DNA from: Nitrospinota bacterium
Lineage (GTDB): Bacteria > UBA8248
Assembly: GCA_046581755.1 (NCBI GenBank)
Contig: JAYGFR010000346.1
Coordinates: 1-22,067, forward strand
Direction of reading: 5' to 3'
Length of the DNA stretch: 22,067 nt
The notes below the pieces were generated by a model, which was given only the letters and a program-made list of their open reading frames with translations, made no database searches and was not told the origin of the DNA. This document shows positions 17,556-22,067 of this stretch, one piece after another. Position 1 is the stretch's first letter. Every line of letters begins with the position of its first letter. Made by a program: the position numbers and the translations under genes.

Positions 17556-18563
17556 ATGGCCATCGATCCGCATACGCATATTCTGCCCACGGCGTTTCTG
17601 GACGATCTCCGGAAGGGCCGCCTGGGCAAGGCTGTCAGAATCGAGCAGGGCGAAGATACGGAGTGGATGGCGTTTGAAGCCACCATCTTCGGTGTGGAAC
17701 GCAGCTGGAAGAACATCCTCAACGAATCGTATTACGTGGTGGATATCCGCCTCGAGGCCATGAAGCGGATGGGGGTGGAGCGTCAGGTGCTCTCGGTCTC
17801 GCCCTTCATGACCCTCTACGCGCTCGATGCCGGGATGAACAAAGAGCTTTCGGCCTCGATCAACGATGGCCTCTCCGCCCTGGCGCGAAGCCACCCCGAT
17901 CGATTCTCCTGCATGGCCCAGGTTCCCCTGCAGGACTCGGTGGCGGCGGCCGAGGAGCTCGAGCGCGCCGTGGGGATCGGCCACATCGGCGTGCAGATCG
18001 CAGCCAACGTCGCGGGCGGCAACCTGGACGATCCGGACCTCGATGCATTCTGGGAAAAAGCGGTCGCGCTCGATGTGCCCGTCTTCATCCATCCCCAGGG
18101 CCAGGCCGCGGCGCCCGAGCGTCTCCAGGATTATTACCTGCGCAATTTCATCGGAAACCCGCTCGACACCACCATCGCCGTTTCCTGCCTCATCTTCGGC
18201 GGGGTGCTCGACCGCTTCCCGGACATCAAATTTTATCTGTCCCACGTGGGCGGCTTCGTTCCCTGGATCAGGGGCCGGTGGCAGCATGGCTACGGCGAGC
18301 GCCCCGAGCCCAAGGTGCGCGGCGCGAAGGACCCTGAGCAGTATTTCGATAAATTCTATTACGACACCATCATCCACAGCGCCGACGCCTTCGAGTACGC
18401 CGTCAAGACGCTGGGCGCCGATCGCGTCCTCTACGGGACGGATTATCCCGCCGATATGGGCAACCACCAGCCGGCCCGGGATATCCCCGGCCTCACGCGG
18501 CTTTCCGAGGCGGACCAGGAGAAAATCCTCACTGCCAACGCGAAAAAGCTCTACAAGCTCTGA
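17556..18563 (+). CDS. Amidohydrolase_2 family protein, ACMSD-like decarboxylase (copy 2)
   Basis: ID-x-HTH, VFIHP, SHVGG and YGTDYP. AGGAGG RBS. Long identical blocks shared with copy 1. Confidence 0.9.
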   Translation: MAIDPHTHILPTAFLDDLRKGRLGKAVRIEQGEDTEWMAFEATIFGVERSWKNILNESYYVVDIRLEAMKRMGVERQVLSVSPFMTLYALDAGMNKELSASINDGLSALARSHPDRFSCMAQVPLQDSVAAAEELERAVGIGHIGVQIAANVAGGNLDDPDLDAFWEKAVALDVPVFIHPQGQAAAPERLQDYYLRNFIGNPLDTTIAVSCLIFGGVLDRFPDIKFYLSHVGGFVPWIRGRWQHGYGERPEPKVRGAKDPEQYFDKFYYDTIIHSADAFEYAVKTLGADRVLYGTDYPADMGNHQPARDIPGLTRLSEADQEKILTANAKKLYKL

Positions 18564-18667
18564 TCAGCCCCCTGGACAGCCGTGCGGCGGAGGGGCAGTA
18601 TTTCGGGATCGGCAAATTTCTTCAGGATAGAAGAAAAAGCCGTCCCATCCGGAGAGGGGGATTGCTC

Positions 18668-18952
18668 ATGGAGGCCAAGTACAAGGTCGGCGATCGGGTC
18701 GTGGTGCAAAATCGCTTTCCGCCCGGCCACATCCGAACGCCCGAGTTCGTCCGAGGGAAGGCGGGGCAGATTGTTCGCTATTACGGAAACTACAAAAATC
18801 CCGAAAAGCTGGCCTACGGCCAGGACGGCCTGCCGCTTTGCCATTTGTACTGGGTGGAGTTCATCGTCAACGAGGTTTGGGCCCATAAGCCCGCCCAGGC
18901 CCAGGACAAGTTTCTAATCGATATTTACGAACACTGGCTTGACCCGGCCTAG
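18668..18952 (+). CDS. Nitrile hydratase beta C-terminal SH3-like module (thiocyanate hydrolase alpha/ScnA-like)
   Basis: Y-x-VGDRV-x-V, GHIRTP-x-FVRGK-x-G, PE-x-x-AYG, LY-x-VEF...VW and DIYEHWL; only 94 aa. Confidence 0.9.
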   Translation: MEAKYKVGDRVVVQNRFPPGHIRTPEFVRGKAGQIVRYYGNYKNPEKLAYGQDGLPLCHLYWVEFIVNEVWAHKPAQAQDKFLIDIYEHWLDPA

Positions 18953-19018
18953 CGGGGCGCGCCGCCGGGAGGAGCCGCCGGAAATGCTACTCCGTATCCA
19001 ATTCGATTGAGGTGAGCC

Positions 19019-19741
19019 ATGGTCACGACGAACGATCCGAACAAATACCAATCGCACAAAAGCAGAAGTCACGGTAACGGAGGCGGCCACGATCATGATC
19101 ACGCCGACGCCCCCGTCGAGCGTATCGAGCACGACCTGGACTACTTTCAGGTGCGCGTTCTGGCGCTGGCGGAAATTTTAAAGGAAAAAGGCATTCTCAC
19201 CACCGACGAAATGCGCCGGGCGGTGGAGGACATTTATTCCAAGACCCCGGCCATCGGCTCGCGCGTCGTCGCCCGCTCCTGGGCGGACCCGGCCTTCAAG
19301 GAGCGCCTCCTCGAAAACGCCGCCGCCGCCTGCGATGAGATGGAAATCAACACCTCTGGGATCAACCACCTCGTCGCCCTCGAAAACACCGAGGAGGTTC
19401 ACTACATGGTGGTGTGTACGCTGTGCTCGTGTTATCCGCGCCCGCTCCTGGGCCAGCCGCCGACCTGGTACAAATCCTTCCCCTACCGGAGCAAGGCCGT
19501 GGCCGACCCGCGCGGGGCGCTCAAGGACCTCGGCTACGAGGTCCCGGAGGACATCGAGCTGCGCGTCGTGGATTCGACCGCCGACTGCCGCTACCTGATC
19601 CTCCCCCGCCGGCCGGCCGGCACCGAGGGTTGGAGCGAGGAGAAGCTCACCGCCCTCGTCACGCGTGACTCGATGATCGGCGTGGGCAACGCCCTCACTC
19701 CCGCCGAATTCGAGGCGGGCGCGGGAGCGCTGTTGGGGTAG
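19019..19741 (+). CDS. nthA: Cobalt-type nitrile hydratase alpha / thiocyanate hydrolase gamma subunit
   Basis: VVCTLCSCYP metal motif, G-x-RVVARSW-x-DP-x-FK, PP-x-WYKS-x-x-YR, DSTA-x-x-RY-x-ILP-x-RP and LVTRDSMIG. Confidence 0.93.
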   Translation: MVTTNDPNKYQSHKSRSHGNGGGHDHDHADAPVERIEHDLDYFQVRVLALAEILKEKGILTTDEMRRAVEDIYSKTPAIGSRVVARSWADPAFKERLLENAAAACDEMEINTSGINHLVALENTEEVHYMVVCTLCSCYPRPLLGQPPTWYKSFPYRSKAVADPRGALKDLGYEVPEDIELRVVDSTADCRYLILPRRPAGTEGWSEEKLTALVTRDSMIGVGNALTPAEFEAGAGALLG

Positions 19742-19764
19742 TAAGAACTTGCGGAACCATTCAT

Positions 19765-19806
19765 GCGGCGGAGAGAGGGTGTCCTTTCTCCGCCGCGTTT
19801 TTTTTT
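19765..19806 (+). terminator. Intrinsic terminator-like hairpin
   Basis: GCGGCGGAGAGAGG-GTGT-CCTTTCTCCGCCGC (14-bp stem, one G-U pair) followed by G and nine T. Confidence 0.8.
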
Positions 19807-19822
19807 CGCGGGAGAAAAGACC

Positions 19823-20911
19823 ATGACGGACGAGAGGGCGGCGGCCGATCCTGAGTTGAAGAAATTCTACAAAAAGATGGAGACGCACCACCTCGCGCCC
19901 TTGTGGGAGATCATGGGCCGGCTCGCGCCGGTCAAGCCCACCCCCCGCGCGCGGCCCCACCTGTGGCGCTGGAAGGATATGCTTCCCCTCATCGAGGAAT
20001 CCGGAGAGCGCGCTTTGCTCGGTGATGGGGACCGCCGGGTGCTCGGTTTGATCAATCCCGGGATGGACGAGGGAAAGTGGGCCGCGACGGAGACGCTCTG
20101 GGCCGCCTACCAGTATATCCTTCCGGGAGAGAAGGCCCCGCCCCACCGCCATTCGGCGGCGGCCATCCGCTTCATCATCGAAGGCAGCGGCGCCTATACC
20201 ACCATCGAGGGCGACCGGTGCATTTTGGACAAGGGCGATTTCGTCGTGACCCCTCCCTGGGTGTGGCACGATCACGGCAACGACAGCGACGCCCCGATCA
20301 TATGGATGGACGGCCTCGACATTCCGCTCGTGCGGGACCTGGACGCCAGCTTCTTCGAGCTCTTGGGGGACCGCGCCCTCCCGCCGGAAAAACCGCTGGG
20401 CGATTCCGAAGGCCGCTATGCCTCGGGCCATTTGCGCCCCGCCTGGGAGGAGCCCGATCTCTCGGGCTCCCCGCTTTTCGTCTACAAATGGGCGCGGACC
20501 GAAGAGGCCCTCCGCCGCCTCGCCGCGGTGGACGCCAGCCCTTTTGACGATGTGGTGATGGAGTTCACGAATCCCGCGACGGGAGGCCCGGTCCTGGCGA
20601 CCATATCCTGCCGGGTTCAGCTCATCCGGTCCGGCGTCCGAACCCTCGCCCACCGCCACACGGGCGGCGCCGTCTACCTGGCTGTCGAGGGAAGCGGAAC
20701 GAGCGTGATCGAGGGGATGCGCTTCGACTGGGAGCGGGGGGACATGTTCGTCGTGCCCCCCTGGGCCTGGCACGAGCACGCAGGCGCCGGGGGCGAGGGG
20801 ATTCTTTTCTCCATCCACGACTCGCCGGTGATGCAATCGCTGAGCCTGTATATGGAAGAAGCCTACGGCGAAGGAGACGGACACCAGGAGATGACGGGGA
20901 TTTTCGCGTAA
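19823..20911 (+). CDS. Gentisate 1,2-dioxygenase-like bicupin ring-cleaving dioxygenase
   Basis: PLW, P-x-LWRW, RRVL-x-L-x-NPG, Q-x-ILPGE-x-AP-x-HRH, TP-x-W-x-WHDH, WMDGLDIP and NP-x-TGG. GGAG RBS. Confidence 0.9.
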   Translation: MTDERAAADPELKKFYKKMETHHLAPLWEIMGRLAPVKPTPRARPHLWRWKDMLPLIEESGERALLGDGDRRVLGLINPGMDEGKWAATETLWAAYQYILPGEKAPPHRHSAAAIRFIIEGSGAYTTIEGDRCILDKGDFVVTPPWVWHDHGNDSDAPIIWMDGLDIPLVRDLDASFFELLGDRALPPEKPLGDSEGRYASGHLRPAWEEPDLSGSPLFVYKWARTEEALRRLAAVDASPFDDVVMEFTNPATGGPVLATISCRVQLIRSGVRTLAHRHTGGAVYLAVEGSGTSVIEGMRFDWERGDMFVVPPWAWHEHAGAGGEGILFSIHDSPVMQSLSLYMEEAYGEGDGHQEMTGIFA

Positions 20912-20967
20912 GAGGGCCAATCTTCCATCGCACACGCCATATTTTATGGCGCCTCAGGTCCCTTCGT

Positions 20968-22065
20968 TTACTCCTGTGCGTTGGCCTGTGTGTTGGACAG
21001 CGCGGTGGCGATGACACCGCCGAGGGCGAGAGTCGCGGCCATCAGGAGAAACGCGCTCCGGTAGCTCCTCGACCCGTCGAAGAGTGCGCCGGGGACATAG
21101 GCGCCCAGGGCGCCGAAGATTCCGAAGACCATCATGATCGCCCCGTTTATCTTCCCGAAGCCGGGTCCCTCGAAGAGATCCGCCGTCAGGCTGGAGACGG
21201 TGGGCCGGAGGAGCCCGAGCGAGAATCCCGACATCGCGGCCCCGGCATAAAACCGCGCCGGGGGCGCTCCCGGTTCGATGAGCCCGAGGAGAACCGCCGA
21301 GACGGCCCCGAAAAGGGCGCCTGCCAGGTAGGTTGGCGCGCGTCCAATCCGGTCGGATACCCCGCTCGCGATGTTGCCCGCCATGATAAATCCCCCCCAG
21401 ACGATAAAGATGACGCTCCCCCCGGCCAGGGTGAATCCCTGGTCCGTGGCGTGCGGGACGAGGTGGACCACGGTGCCGGTGAAGACAAAGGCGTTTACGG
21501 CGTAGAGCCCGGCGAGCAGAAAAAAGCGCAGGGAGTAAATCCGGCTCCAAACGCCCGGGGGGGCGGGCGCCTCCATGAGCAGGGGGATCGTCCGCCGGGC
21601 GGAGAGGGTCATGCGCTCCTCGATGCCCAGGAAGGGGGCGTCCGGAACGGTGAATTTCTCCGAGGGATCGTTTCTTAAAAACGCCGCCGAGATCGGAAAG
21701 GTGATCAGGAGGGCGAAGCCGGCCAGGACGGTGTAGCTTCCCCGCCAGCCGAGGAGGCCGATCAGGGCCGGGGTCGCCAGGTTCAAGAAGGTGGCGAAAC
21801 CCTGGGAGGAGGTCGAGATGCCCATCGCCAGCCCCCGCTTCTTGGCGAACCAGTTCGAGAGGATATGCACCTGGGGAACGAACGTCGCGGCGGCGAACCC
21901 CACCGAGAGCAGGGCGTACATCAGGTAAAGCTGCCAGAGGCTTTGAATGGAGGAACCCAAGAGGAGCGCGCCTCCGCCGGCGAGGATGCCCGCCGAAATC
22001 GTCCGGCGCGGGCCCCACCGGTCGCTTAGCCAGCCCGCCAGGGGCGAGGCCGCCGCCTGGGCGAT
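20968..22065 (-). CDS. MFS transporter (5' end outside window)
   Basis: Frame open to the window edge. Motif A GWLSDRWGPR and second-half G-x-SDRIGR; WF-x-KKRGLA-x-G; multiple TM segments. Confidence 0.92.
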   Translation of the reverse strand: MAQAAASPLAGWLSDRWGPRRTISAGILAGGGALLLGSSIQSLWQLYLMYALLSVGFAAATFVPQVHILSNWFAKKRGLAMGISTSSQGFATFLNLATPALIGLLGWRGSYTVLAGFALLITFPISAAFLRNDPSEKFTVPDAPFLGIEERMTLSARRTIPLLMEAPAPPGVWSRIYSLRFFLLAGLYAVNAFVFTGTVVHLVPHATDQGFTLAGGSVIFIVWGGFIMAGNIASGVSDRIGRAPTYLAGALFGAVSAVLLGLIEPGAPPARFYAGAAMSGFSLGLLRPTVSSLTADLFEGPGFGKINGAIMMVFGIFGALGAYVPGALFDGSRSYRSAFLLMAATLALGGVIATALSNTQANAQE

Positions 22066-22067
22066 CA

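Noticed and set aside
19178..20935. 585-aa minus-strand ORF, and similar long antisense ORFs (2439-3482, 3534-4616, 4936-6024, 11256-12275, 16489-17553, 17502-18467)
   Set aside because: They shadow well-supported genes on the opposite strand, have no family motifs, and are expected in high-GC coding DNA.
20935..20951. Hairpin CGCCATA-TTT-TATGGCG between convergent genes as a terminator
   Set aside because: Short, weak stem with no U-tract on either strand.

Overview
Bacterial genomic window, mostly GC-rich with a visibly AT-richer left end. 1-2.2 kb is a decaying accessory/defence-like patch: a reading frame broken by two in-frame TAA stops that ends in a RelE/ParE-like domain, an uncharacterised 'MKNQYFGD' protein and a McrA-type HNH nuclease. 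The minus-strand run scpA-scpB-panE-EVE follows, with a clear sigma70 promoter. Next come a SpoIIAA/STAS-like protein, an orphan CoA-transferase beta-like subunit without the catalytic Glu, a PfkB kinase and a lipoprotein with two CcmI-C-like domains. A MarR gene precedes a mosaic locus in which an NmrA-like gene appears to have been replaced internally by a secreted MBL-fold gene, followed by an intact NmrA-like gene and a membrane-protein gene with one in-frame TGA. A DUF2846-like lipoprotein and a YciI gene lie on the minus strand. The right third is a plus-strand catabolic cluster: an MBL-fold protein with Asn at several metal-ligand positions, two tandem ACMSD-like amidohydrolases, a nitrile/thiocyanate hydratase represented only by the beta C-terminal SH3 module plus a Co-type alpha subunit, and a gentisate-dioxygenase-like cupin, converging on a partial MFS gene. 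No rRNA, tRNA, CRISPR or transposase was seen. Family calls rest on motif recognition by eye, not database searches.
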